This document shows positions 47,000 through 54,963 of a stretch of 54,963 nucleotides of DNA, one piece after another. Under the pieces are notes generated by a model that ran no database searches, had not been told where the DNA came from, and saw nothing but the letters and a program-made list of their open reading frames with translations. The translations under genes and the position numbers were made by a program. This stretch comes from a virus (taxonomy: Duplodnaviria > Caudoviricetes), in IMG/VR virus record IMGVR_UViG_3300009703_000023, positions 1 through 54,963 of that record; one strand, 5' to 3'. Within the stretch, counting starts at the first letter, position 1. Each line of letters opens with the position of its first letter.

Positions 47000-47374
47000 A
47001 TGGCATATAGCTCGACATTAAGCCTTGTTACTGGGGATACCCTCCCAGAGCTTACGTTTACGTTGAAAGACAGTAATACCGCAGCGAGCGGTCAGACACT
47101 TGACGCAAATAACGATGCAACTTGGGCAGCGATCAATTTGTCCGGTGCGTCGGTTAAGCTACGCTTAAGGGAACTAGGCAGTACCACTGTTAAAAGCACG
47201 CTTACGTGTACGGTTTCTGATGCCACTAATGGAAAAGTTACCACCGATTTTCCGACCGGCACGCTGGATACAGCTGGTACGTTTGAGGGTGAGCTTGAGA
47301 TAACGTTTTCGTCAGGCGGTAAGCAGACCGTTAATGACCTGATCAAATTTAAAGTCCGCAGTGACTTCGACTAA
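47000..47374 (+). CDS. BppU-N-like tail accessory protein
   Basis: GDTLP.L.FTL.D...INLSGASV...GTFEGELEITF. Confidence 0.65.
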   Translation: MAYSSTLSLVTGDTLPELTFTLKDSNTAASGQTLDANNDATWAAINLSGASVKLRLRELGSTTVKSTLTCTVSDATNGKVTTDFPTGTLDTAGTFEGELEITFSSGGKQTVNDLIKFKVRSDFD

Positions 47375-48361
47375 ATGGCTATACGGCTCCGTGTTGATGC
47401 TTCTTATATAAGGGTCACTGTTTCATACAGTGCCCCGCAGGTTATAGCGCCTGCGTTTCAAGAAGCTCGGGCCATTACAGATCGCGCTTACTTAAAAGCG
47501 TCAGTTTCCAGTCGGGTTCCTAGGGTATCTGTATCTGCTAGGTCGCTTCAGACTGTAGTGGGGTTCCAAGACCTCCAAGCCAGAGACATAAAAATAGATT
47601 CCTATAGTCATACTCTCAATAGGTATTTGAGAGATGACACGGCAACTCCACTGGACCAGTTAGCGATATCTTCCTCGCTAAGTACTACTGATTCCCAGTC
47701 CTTAACAGATGCTATTCAGTCCTTTGCAGTAGGAAAAGGACTTAGCGACTCAGCTATAGCAGGTGACTTTGCCTATATATTATTTACGGCGCAGCGCAGT
47801 TTTTCGGATTCGACGTCGGTAGCTGACGCTCTTCAATCTTTCCAAATAGGTAAAGGTCTTGCAGAGACACTTGGCTTTACCGAGACAACAGCGTTTGAGG
47901 TATCAACTCATTTAGCTGATACAGGGGCGGCTACTGAGGCTTTAGCTATTTCTTTTGATAAAGCACCTGCTGACTCAGCATCCGCTACGGATAGCTTTTC
48001 ACCAGTTGTATCTTGGGCACGCACGTTTTTTGAGACTCCAAGCGCAGTCGATTCACCAAGTTTGCTAGTAGACAAAGCGCTTTCTGAAACGCTTACTGCT
48101 ACAGACTCTTTCTCTAAAGTCTTTAATTATTCATCTACATTCTCAGAGCATCAATCCGTAGAGGATTCATCTTCTTTGAGCGTGTCCGATGCGCCGTCAA
48201 GCGCGGCAACGGCTTCTGATTCGTTTACTTATACAGCTGTGTTCATACGTTCGCTGGCAGAGTCTGTTAGCGTTTCCGAATCACTGTCGCTAAGTAATAG
48301 AACTGCTGTTTCTTCCACCCTTAATGCTCGGCCACTTAATACCGGGCCTCTGAATAACTAG
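47375..48361 (+). CDS. Ser/Thr-rich repetitive virion protein
   Basis: ~20-aa repeats of the K/R-x-L/F-S/A-D/E...TD type. Confidence 0.6.
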   Translation: MAIRLRVDASYIRVTVSYSAPQVIAPAFQEARAITDRAYLKASVSSRVPRVSVSARSLQTVVGFQDLQARDIKIDSYSHTLNRYLRDDTATPLDQLAISSSLSTTDSQSLTDAIQSFAVGKGLSDSAIAGDFAYILFTAQRSFSDSTSVADALQSFQIGKGLAETLGFTETTAFEVSTHLADTGAATEALAISFDKAPADSASATDSFSPVVSWARTFFETPSAVDSPSLLVDKALSETLTATDSFSKVFNYSSTFSEHQSVEDSSSLSVSDAPSSAATASDSFTYTAVFIRSLAESVSVSESLSLSNRTAVSSTLNARPLNTGPLNN

Positions 48362-48373
48362 CACGGAGACACC

Positions 48374-48799
48374 ATGTTAAACGATGATCTGAAAATGAAA
48401 GGTCACTTGAAGATCTCACTTAATGGTGAGGTGGTTCAAGAGGTTCCCAATCTCGTAGTGACTGCAGGTAAAGGCTATGTAGCCTCCCGTATGAAAGACA
48501 CAACTGCTACAGCTATGTCCCATATGGCTATAGGTACTGGAAGCACGGCAGCTGCAGCTGCTAACACTGCTCTTGGTACGGAAGCTAATCGTCAGGCACT
48601 TACATCTACAGCTGTATCTGGAGCGGTAGTAACGTATGTGGCTACTTTTGCTGCAGGCCAAGGTACAGGTGCTATTACTGAGGCTGGAATATTGAATGCT
48701 TCCAGTAGTGGTACGTTGTTGTGCAGAACAGTTTTTTCGACTGTGAACAAAGGCAGCTCAGACTCCATGACTGTTACATGGACAGTGACCATTAGCTGA
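48374..48799 (+). CDS. Tail accessory protein
   Basis: NLVVTAG...MAIGTG...ITEAGI...VNK...VTW pattern typical of small tail proteins. Confidence 0.7.
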   Translation: MLNDDLKMKGHLKISLNGEVVQEVPNLVVTAGKGYVASRMKDTTATAMSHMAIGTGSTAAAAANTALGTEANRQALTSTAVSGAVVTYVATFAAGQGTGAITEAGILNASSSGTLLCRTVFSTVNKGSSDSMTVTWTVTIS

Positions 48800-48825
48800 T
48801 CCTGTTATTTATTAGGTAACCCCGC

Positions 48826-51800
48826 ATGGCCGTTAAGTTCTGTAATAACTTTGCCTCGACTCTTTCGTCCGGCATAAATTCCTCGGCTACTACTATATCC
48901 GTAGCGAGCGCTACAGGACTTCCTAGTCTTAGCGGCAGTGACTACCTGTACCTTACGATAGACACGGATACAGGTAGCCCTACTCGAGAAATAGTCAAAG
49001 TTACTGGAATATCCTCTAACGACTTAACAGTGGTTAGGGGGCAAGACGGTACTTCGGCAACGTCTTTTGACGCAGGTACTAAGATCGAACTACGGGTAAC
49101 GGCGGCAGCTCTTCATGAGTCTGTTTCTGTAGCTGTAGATGACTTAGTGGATTCAGCTCCTGGGGCGCTTGATACGCTTAACGAGCTAGCTGCAGCTCTC
49201 GGCGATGATGCTAATTTTTCTACTACGGTAACTAATAGTATAGCCACAAAGGTGCCATTAGCTGGTGGCACCATGACGGGCAATCTGACAGCCCCGAATC
49301 TAAGTATCACGAGTACGAATTGGTTCGGGTTTGGAGACTATGGCGAAAGAATCACCGGGAGTAACGCTGCTGGCACGCTTACCTTTCTAACCGACGCCAC
49401 CACTGCGCTACAGCTGGACTCTTCACAAGGCGCTACGTTCTCGGGAGCTGTTACTGTAGGAGCAGACGACACTGGTCACGACGTTAAATTCTTTGGCGCT
49501 ACCGCTGGGTCTTACATGCTGTGGGATGAGTCCGCAGACGATCTTATTTTAGGAGGTGCTGCGCGCTTAGGCGTAGGGGATACTCCTGATTCTACTCTTC
49601 ACGTAAAAGACACTGTTCAAGCAGTAAACACATGGACGAGTCTTACTGATGCCGTTGCGGACGCATCTTTCAGATTTTTTGGTTCTAGCCATGCGAATGA
49701 GTATGGAATTTTCATGGGGTATGCCAACTCGTCAAATGACGCTCAAGGAATACAAGCGTCAAGGACTAGTGGCGCGGCTGCTTTCCCCTTACTGCTAAAC
49801 CCTTTCGGGGGCGAGGTCGGGATAGGCTTAACTGCCACAACGGCACCCTTAACAGTCAAATCAGACTCTACTAGTTCATCTGATTCCGGCATCACTTTAC
49901 AGGGTAACGGAAACACAAACGCCATATTCAAGGTTGGCGAAAAATCAACTGATGGTGCGCGTCTTCACATGTATGACGGCGGCACCGAGAAAATTGCTTT
50001 CTATACCGATGGCACAGCCAATCACATCAGCGCAGGTAATTTGGGTATAGGAGTCTCCCCACACGCCTCCTCAAAACTACATGTATATGGTGATACTTGG
50101 CTTGACAGCGCAGGTACAACGAATCGCAGTTTGTATTTCCGTAATCAATCAACAGATTCAACTGGAGGGGCAGTAAAGAGCGACCAGACCTTGTCGCTTT
50201 GGTCGGGCAATGGTTCCGGGGCTCCAGTTCAGCGAGTCACTATTGATACCAGCGGCGACGCCACGTTCGCCGGTAACCTTGATGTTGACGGGTCAGCGGG
50301 TATTTATCAGCGAAACTCCTCGGGTGGCAGTATTGTCCTAGACGATACGGATACTGCTGATGCATCAACACCAATGGTGTATTTGCGAAATGCTGCGGGG
50401 CAGTTGACGCTAGGTCGCTCTAATCGCAATGCGTCTACAGGGCTGACTACAAGCTCTACTGATTCTCTTACTATTTCTAGCGCCGGAAACGCTACGTTTG
50501 CCGGAACGATAACGGCTACAGCTTCGGGGGCGAATAGCAGTATATACGCGCTGGATTTAAGCCGATCAGGAAGTGGCAGCAGTCCCGACATCTGGTCGAA
50601 TAGCAATAATTTGGTTCTTGGCACAAGTGCTTCTAATGCTGTCTTAACCCTTCTGAATAGTGACGCAACGTTCGCCGGAACGGTGACATCGGAAACTACG
50701 ACAGGCGACGCAACATTCGTCGCGTATCGTAACCAGACATCGTTAGTTAACGAAGCTGATGGCTCAAATCTGATCGGCGCGTATTTGTTCAAATCTAGCG
50801 ATACGTCTGGCACGGAACCTCACTACGCCGGGATTGGTGGGTTTTCAAATAAATTCGGGCAAATGGAGCTTCAGTTTTTTACGAGCAGGGATAGGTGGGA
50901 AGCAGATCCTCGCGTTCCAACGCTCACGCTGGATAAAGATAAGGATGCTACGTTTGCCGGTGGTGCCACGTTTGCTGGTGATGTGACCGTGAGCGGCGGC
51001 ATCCTCAATTTAGGCACGGCAAACACAAGCTCCGCTCACATCAACTCCTATGAGCTGATGACGCTCAATATCGACACTGATAACGACGATACAGATCGTT
51101 ATTTCAAGTGGAGCAAAAATGGTTCGTCGGGTAGCGGCACTGAGCTTATGCGGCTCGATGAGAGCGGCGATGCCACGTTCACCGGTCATATTGAGCTTGC
51201 CGACAGCAAGTACCTAAAGCTCGGCGCTGACGCAGACTTCATTATCTACCACGACGGTACTAGCAATTACGTTCAAGCCGCAAAGCAAGACTCGGACATC
51301 ATCTTCCGAGGAAACGATGGTGGCACTGGCGTCAATATGCTTACGCTGGATACAAGCGCGTATGGTGATGCGACGTTTTCTGGACACGCAATCCTTGGCG
51401 GAAAGATCACTGTCGGCACCACCCTCGACGGCGTAGGCGCACCAGCGGCGGGGACCGGAGTTCTCGGCGCGACCAGCGCATACGGGGCGATTCTAACGGG
51501 TCAGGGTTCCACTAGCGATGTAACAATTACAAATGATGCAGGCAATACCGTTCTGCTCGTTCCTACCGGCACGCGCCATGTTCAAGTTCCTTACGGAGAC
51601 ATCACTACTCAGGGACTTACTGTCACTGGGGCTACAGATACCACCGAAGAGCTTGCACGTTTCCAGAACTCCGCAGGGTCCAACGAGTTGGTTATTTCCC
51701 AGGAGGGAACTTCTGGCTACGCAATTAAGTCTTCCGTAGATCTGCGACTGCACGCTGATGCTGACAATGATACGTCTGCGGGTGGCTCAAACATCAAGAT

Positions 51801-53850
51801 GTACACCGATGCCTCGGAGCGTATGCGTATAACTAACGGGGGCGATGTCACCATCGGAAGTGGTGACAATGTGGGTACTGCCGGAACCCTAGACCTGTCG
51901 GTAGGTAGCACAAATTACACGGGCGGTCTTACTCTGTGGTCCCCCAGCCAATCAGCTCATTCAGTAAGTTTTGGCGATGGCTACACAGGCACAAATCGCT
52001 ACCGGGGGTTCCTGCAGTATAGCCACATTGATGATTCGCTGGCATTCGGCACTACGTCAACCGAAAAAGCGCGTATTGACTCAAGCGGCAACGTCGGCAT
52101 TGGGACCACAGTGCCAGCCGGAACGCTTGATCTTGGAAACGCGACCGGCGGCAAATCAATCGTTTGGGGCGGGACATCAGCAGACGCTCATTACACAAGC
52201 ATATGGTCGGAATACGGAACCGCGTCACTAATTTTGGGTGCGGGGCTGAAGCCGCCACCCGCTGCCGCTGGGTTCAAGGTTCCCTATACAGGCACGTATG
52301 GCTACGCCGCGATTGAGCTAGACAGTTGGTCAGACGACGGGATGAAGTTCTACGTCGGACCTGATGCGTCCGTCACGAAAGACGCCGACATCACGCCAAC
52401 TGAAGTGATGCGGATTGCAACGAACGGCCGAGTTGGCATAGGAACCACATCGCCGGGCAGTCTTTTACATCTATCGGCAGCGGCAAGTCCTACGCTGCGA
52501 ATTGTAGATACGACGAATGACTGTACGCTGTTGGCTTATGCCCAGGACAGCGAAGCAATTATCGGCACGTACAGCAACCACGATTTAGGGATTTTCGCCA
52601 ATAGCGCTCGCGCTATGACGATTAGAGCTGACGGTTACGTGGGAATCGGCACCAACTCGATTGACAGTCGGCTGCACGTCGAATCAGGGGGAGCGACAGA
52701 GTTAACTATCGAGGGTGACGGGCAAGGTTATATAAATGCGGGGTTAGTCTTTAAGGCAAATAACAGCACTAGCTATCGTGGACTCGGCGTGTTCATGCAC
52801 GATGCAGGGGCTGACGTAGAGTGGTACGCAGGCACTCCCTATGCCGCTGCCGACACCTACATCATTGCGCGAAAAGCAAGTCTCACGTCGCATGACAACA
52901 GCATGGCTCAAACTGCAAACCAGCTTGTATCGGTTAATAGCAGCGGGACGCTTACAGCCCACAGCGGGTATCTTCAAGTCGGTGGCTCGGTATCGTCATA
53001 TGGCAGGATCGAGGCTTATGGCTCTAGCGGCGCGTATTTAGACCTCTCGCATGCTGTAAATCACTCGGGCGACTATGACTCAAGATTTATCAATGACGGG
53101 ACTAACACTCAGCTAACTAGCAAAACGGGATTCATCGATATAAACCCGCAAGCCGAGCGGACGTATCTCCGTCATTCGGGATCGGTGGTTCTTGAAACCA
53201 CTGCCGAAGGATTCAGATGCAGGGACACGTCGGGCAGTGAAGCAGCGTTAACCTTTGGCTCATCAGCCAACGCTACTCTTGGATCGGTTGTTGCAAGCAC
53301 CAGCGGTGGCGAGATGCAGTTTTATAGCTACATCCACGGCGCGGCTTTTGCTTTTCGCGGCGAAGATGGTGACGGAACTGTTAACTCAGTTATATGGGCA
53401 GATCCAGATTCTGACGTTTGGCTCTATTACGATGGGGGGTGGAAGTTCCGTACTGCAAGCGATGGAGTTTTGATCAACGGCAGTATTTCCTACAACTCAG
53501 ATCGTCGCCTCAAGAAAGACATTAGCCCGATTTCGGGCGCGTTAGACGCCGTAATGAGCCTCAAGGGCGTGAATTACACGCTGATTGATAGCGACACAAA
53601 GCACATCGGTTTCATCGCTCAAGATATTCAAGCAGACGCACCTAGCTGGTTGACCGAAAGAGTTGTCGTTGAGTCAAGCAGTAATGACGAAACCGCTAAG
53701 CGTAGGGGCATTATCCGAGACGACGAGAGCGTGGAGATGCTCGCGCTCAAGTACACGGAAATGGTGGCGCTTTTAACTGAAGCGATGAAGGAGCAACAAA
53801 CACAAATTGAAGCGTTAACTAAACGCATCAAAGAATTGGAGGATAAGTAA
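48826..53850 (+). CDS. Long tail fibre with C-terminal S74-type intramolecular chaperone
   Basis: EIVKVT..RGQDGT anchor, APGALDTLNELAAALGDD, repeated ATFxG/VGIG modules, SDRRLKKDI...GFIAQD...YTEMVALL. Confidence 0.9.
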   Translation: MAVKFCNNFASTLSSGINSSATTISVASATGLPSLSGSDYLYLTIDTDTGSPTREIVKVTGISSNDLTVVRGQDGTSATSFDAGTKIELRVTAAALHESVSVAVDDLVDSAPGALDTLNELAAALGDDANFSTTVTNSIATKVPLAGGTMTGNLTAPNLSITSTNWFGFGDYGERITGSNAAGTLTFLTDATTALQLDSSQGATFSGAVTVGADDTGHDVKFFGATAGSYMLWDESADDLILGGAARLGVGDTPDSTLHVKDTVQAVNTWTSLTDAVADASFRFFGSSHANEYGIFMGYANSSNDAQGIQASRTSGAAAFPLLLNPFGGEVGIGLTATTAPLTVKSDSTSSSDSGITLQGNGNTNAIFKVGEKSTDGARLHMYDGGTEKIAFYTDGTANHISAGNLGIGVSPHASSKLHVYGDTWLDSAGTTNRSLYFRNQSTDSTGGAVKSDQTLSLWSGNGSGAPVQRVTIDTSGDATFAGNLDVDGSAGIYQRNSSGGSIVLDDTDTADASTPMVYLRNAAGQLTLGRSNRNASTGLTTSSTDSLTISSAGNATFAGTITATASGANSSIYALDLSRSGSGSSPDIWSNSNNLVLGTSASNAVLTLLNSDATFAGTVTSETTTGDATFVAYRNQTSLVNEADGSNLIGAYLFKSSDTSGTEPHYAGIGGFSNKFGQMELQFFTSRDRWEADPRVPTLTLDKDKDATFAGGATFAGDVTVSGGILNLGTANTSSAHINSYELMTLNIDTDNDDTDRYFKWSKNGSSGSGTELMRLDESGDATFTGHIELADSKYLKLGADADFIIYHDGTSNYVQAAKQDSDIIFRGNDGGTGVNMLTLDTSAYGDATFSGHAILGGKITVGTTLDGVGAPAAGTGVLGATSAYGAILTGQGSTSDVTITNDAGNTVLLVPTGTRHVQVPYGDITTQGLTVTGATDTTEELARFQNSAGSNELVISQEGTSGYAIKSSVDLRLHADADNDTSAGGSNIKMYTDASERMRITNGGDVTIGSGDNVGTAGTLDLSVGSTNYTGGLTLWSPSQSAHSVSFGDGYTGTNRYRGFLQYSHIDDSLAFGTTSTEKARIDSSGNVGIGTTVPAGTLDLGNATGGKSIVWGGTSADAHYTSIWSEYGTASLILGAGLKPPPAAAGFKVPYTGTYGYAAIELDSWSDDGMKFYVGPDASVTKDADITPTEVMRIATNGRVGIGTTSPGSLLHLSAAASPTLRIVDTTNDCTLLAYAQDSEAIIGTYSNHDLGIFANSARAMTIRADGYVGIGTNSIDSRLHVESGGATELTIEGDGQGYINAGLVFKANNSTSYRGLGVFMHDAGADVEWYAGTPYAAADTYIIARKASLTSHDNSMAQTANQLVSVNSSGTLTAHSGYLQVGGSVSSYGRIEAYGSSGAYLDLSHAVNHSGDYDSRFINDGTNTQLTSKTGFIDINPQAERTYLRHSGSVVLETTAEGFRCRDTSGSEAALTFGSSANATLGSVVASTSGGEMQFYSYIHGAAFAFRGEDGDGTVNSVIWADPDSDVWLYYDGGWKFRTASDGVLINGSISYNSDRRLKKDISPISGALDAVMSLKGVNYTLIDSDTKHIGFIAQDIQADAPSWLTERVVVESSSNDETAKRRGIIRDDESVEMLALKYTEMVALLTEAMKEQQTQIEALTKRIKELEDK

Positions 53851-54165
53851 ATGGCTACATGGCAGATTGAGACTCTTAAATATACGAACAATTCAGACAA
53901 GATTGTCACGCAGGCTCATTGGAGCTGCTTTCATAAAAAAGAGGCTAATGGGGAAAGTTACTCCGCATCTAACATCGGTACTGTAGCCCTTGACGAAATA
54001 GAAGCGAGTGCGTCGGGGTTCATTGCCTATAGCGATTTGACTGAAGCAAAGTGCTTAGAATGGGTGCATGCAAAAGTAGATAAGGCCGGGATTGAAACAG
54101 TAGTAGATGCAGCAGTAGAGGCACAAATAACTCCTGCCCATAAAACTGGCAAGCCTTGGGCGTAA
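53851..54165 (+). CDS. Tail-fibre-associated small protein
   Basis: TWQI...HW...FIAYSDLTE...WV...GKPW pattern common after fibres. Confidence 0.65.
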   Translation: MATWQIETLKYTNNSDKIVTQAHWSCFHKKEANGESYSASNIGTVALDEIEASASGFIAYSDLTEAKCLEWVHAKVDKAGIETVVDAAVEAQITPAHKTGKPWA

Positions 54166-54186
54166 GCGATGGACCGCTTCAAATCC

Positions 54187-54206
54187 ATTAGTATCGCTAA
54201 TATAAT
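54187..54206 (+). promoter_or_regulatory. Operator copy 7 abutting a TATAAT box
   Basis: ATTAGT-ATC-GCTAAT-ATAAT, then CAGGAGGAG RBS. Confidence 0.75.
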
Positions 54207-54233
54207 TAAGCTTTCTCACAGGAGGAGTAACAA

Positions 54234-54491
54234 ATGGCAGACGAGCAGCCAAAAGCAAGCGAGATAACTCTTACGGCAAATGGAAAGACCTACAGGTTAG
54301 ATGACCTGTCTGAGGAAGTTAAAGAGTTAGTCGGCTTGCACGCTCAAGCCAATGACATGATGGTGCAGGCAAGGCGGCAAGCAGTGATCCATGAACTATC
54401 GACCAAGGAACTGGCACGAATTATCGAGCAAAAGCTTGAAGAGGCCGATTCTGATGACGATGGACCCGACCAGCAATCCGCCACCGGATAA
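54234..54491 (+). CDS. Small conserved phage protein
   Basis: ITLTANGKTY.LDDLSEE; strong RBS. Confidence 0.7.
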   Translation: MADEQPKASEITLTANGKTYRLDDLSEEVKELVGLHAQANDMMVQARRQAVIHELSTKELARIIEQKLEEADSDDDGPDQQSATG

Positions 54492-54684
54492 CCGTTATTA
54501 CTGGGAAGCCGTGAATCGGATTTCGTCGCATGAAGCTATGTGCGAGGAGCGCTCAAAGACAATATTTGAACGCCTAGAGCGTATAGATAACAGCATTGAG
54601 ACGCTGCATAAACGGATGTTTACGCTAGGCGTGTTGCTTTTGACAGGCATGGCAGGGCTTATACTCACATTGTTGTTGAAATAA
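54460..54684 (+). CDS. Small coiled-coil protein with C-terminal TM helix (XhlA/holin-like)
   Basis: HEAMCEER...RLERID followed by a hydrophobic tail; start probably 54454 or 54460. Confidence 0.6.
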   Translation: MDPTSNPPPDNRYYWEAVNRISSHEAMCEERSKTIFERLERIDNSIETLHKRMFTLGVLLLTGMAGLILTLLLK

Positions 54685-54685
54685 T

Positions 54686-54963
54686 ATGGCGTACTTCAAA
54701 AGAGACCGGTTCTCAGGAATAGCCCCAGCTGTATCTCCTCGTTTGTTGGGGGATGCAATAGGGCAAACTGCCCAGAACATAGATTTTGAGTCTGGGCGAT
54801 TGGTATCTATAACGGACGATTCCGACGCTTATACGCTACAGAGCGCTATCCGTAGATCGATATACTTTTATCGAGATACGTCCTGGCTTGAATGGTCAGA
54901 GGAAGATGTCTCAGTAGTTCCCGGCCCCATCCCCGGTGATACTAGCGACCGCTTGTATTTCAC
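54686..54963 (+). CDS. Tail tubular/nozzle protein, N-terminal part; runs off the right edge
   Basis: MAYFKRDRFSGIAPAVSPRLLGDAIGQTAQNIDFESGRL...PGDTSDRLYF with no stop before the window end. Confidence 0.7.
   Translation, partial: MAYFKRDRFSGIAPAVSPRLLGDAIGQTAQNIDFESGRLVSITDDSDAYTLQSAIRRSIYFYRDTSWLEWSEEDVSVVPGPIPGDTSDRLYF

Noticed and set aside
48826-53850. Diversity-generating retroelement or invertible fibre cassette
   Set aside because: No reverse transcriptase or invertase, and I saw no ~100-bp TR/VR pair.
1-54963. tRNA genes and stop-codon reassignment
   Set aside because: No cloverleaf with a T-loop consensus seen in intergenic gaps; the standard code gives full-length genes using all three stops.

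Overview
The window is almost a complete ~55 kb dsDNA phage genome of podovirus type, opened inside a tail gene: the gene starting at 54686 appears to continue at position 1 after a short missing piece. The host is probably a gammaproteobacterium, inferred only from a csrA homolog. Two arms diverge from a ~800 bp non-coding control region (about 25100-25950) and converge at about 5178. The minus-strand arm holds early and replication genes: small host-takeover ORFs, HAD phosphatase, MoxR-like AAA+ with vWA/metallopeptidase, DUF5664-like dNTP hydrolase, family A DNA polymerase, CsrA, primase-helicase, Cas4-like exonuclease, GP88-like Fe-S protein, SNF2 helicase, SSB-like protein, nuclease and an XRE HTH regulator. 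The plus-strand arm is late: HNH-like nuclease, TerS/TerL, portal, scaffold, major capsid, adaptors, ejection proteins, holin/lysozyme and two fibre-like adhesins. I saw no integrase, tRNA, CRISPR array, reverse transcriptase or RNA polymerase. The most unusual signals are non-coding: (1) six tandem mini-pseudoknot units in the capsid 5' leader; (2) a ~180-nt structured RNA with C-rich loops in a CsrA-encoding phage; (3) seven intergenic copies of ATTAGY-N3-GCTAAT; (4) a duplicated 45-bp element with a GA-rich hairpin before two early genes; (5) a mirror-symmetric 6+6 repeat origin candidate; (6) a Trp-Trp leader peptide followed by structured RNA. All family calls are by eye from motifs; no searches were run.
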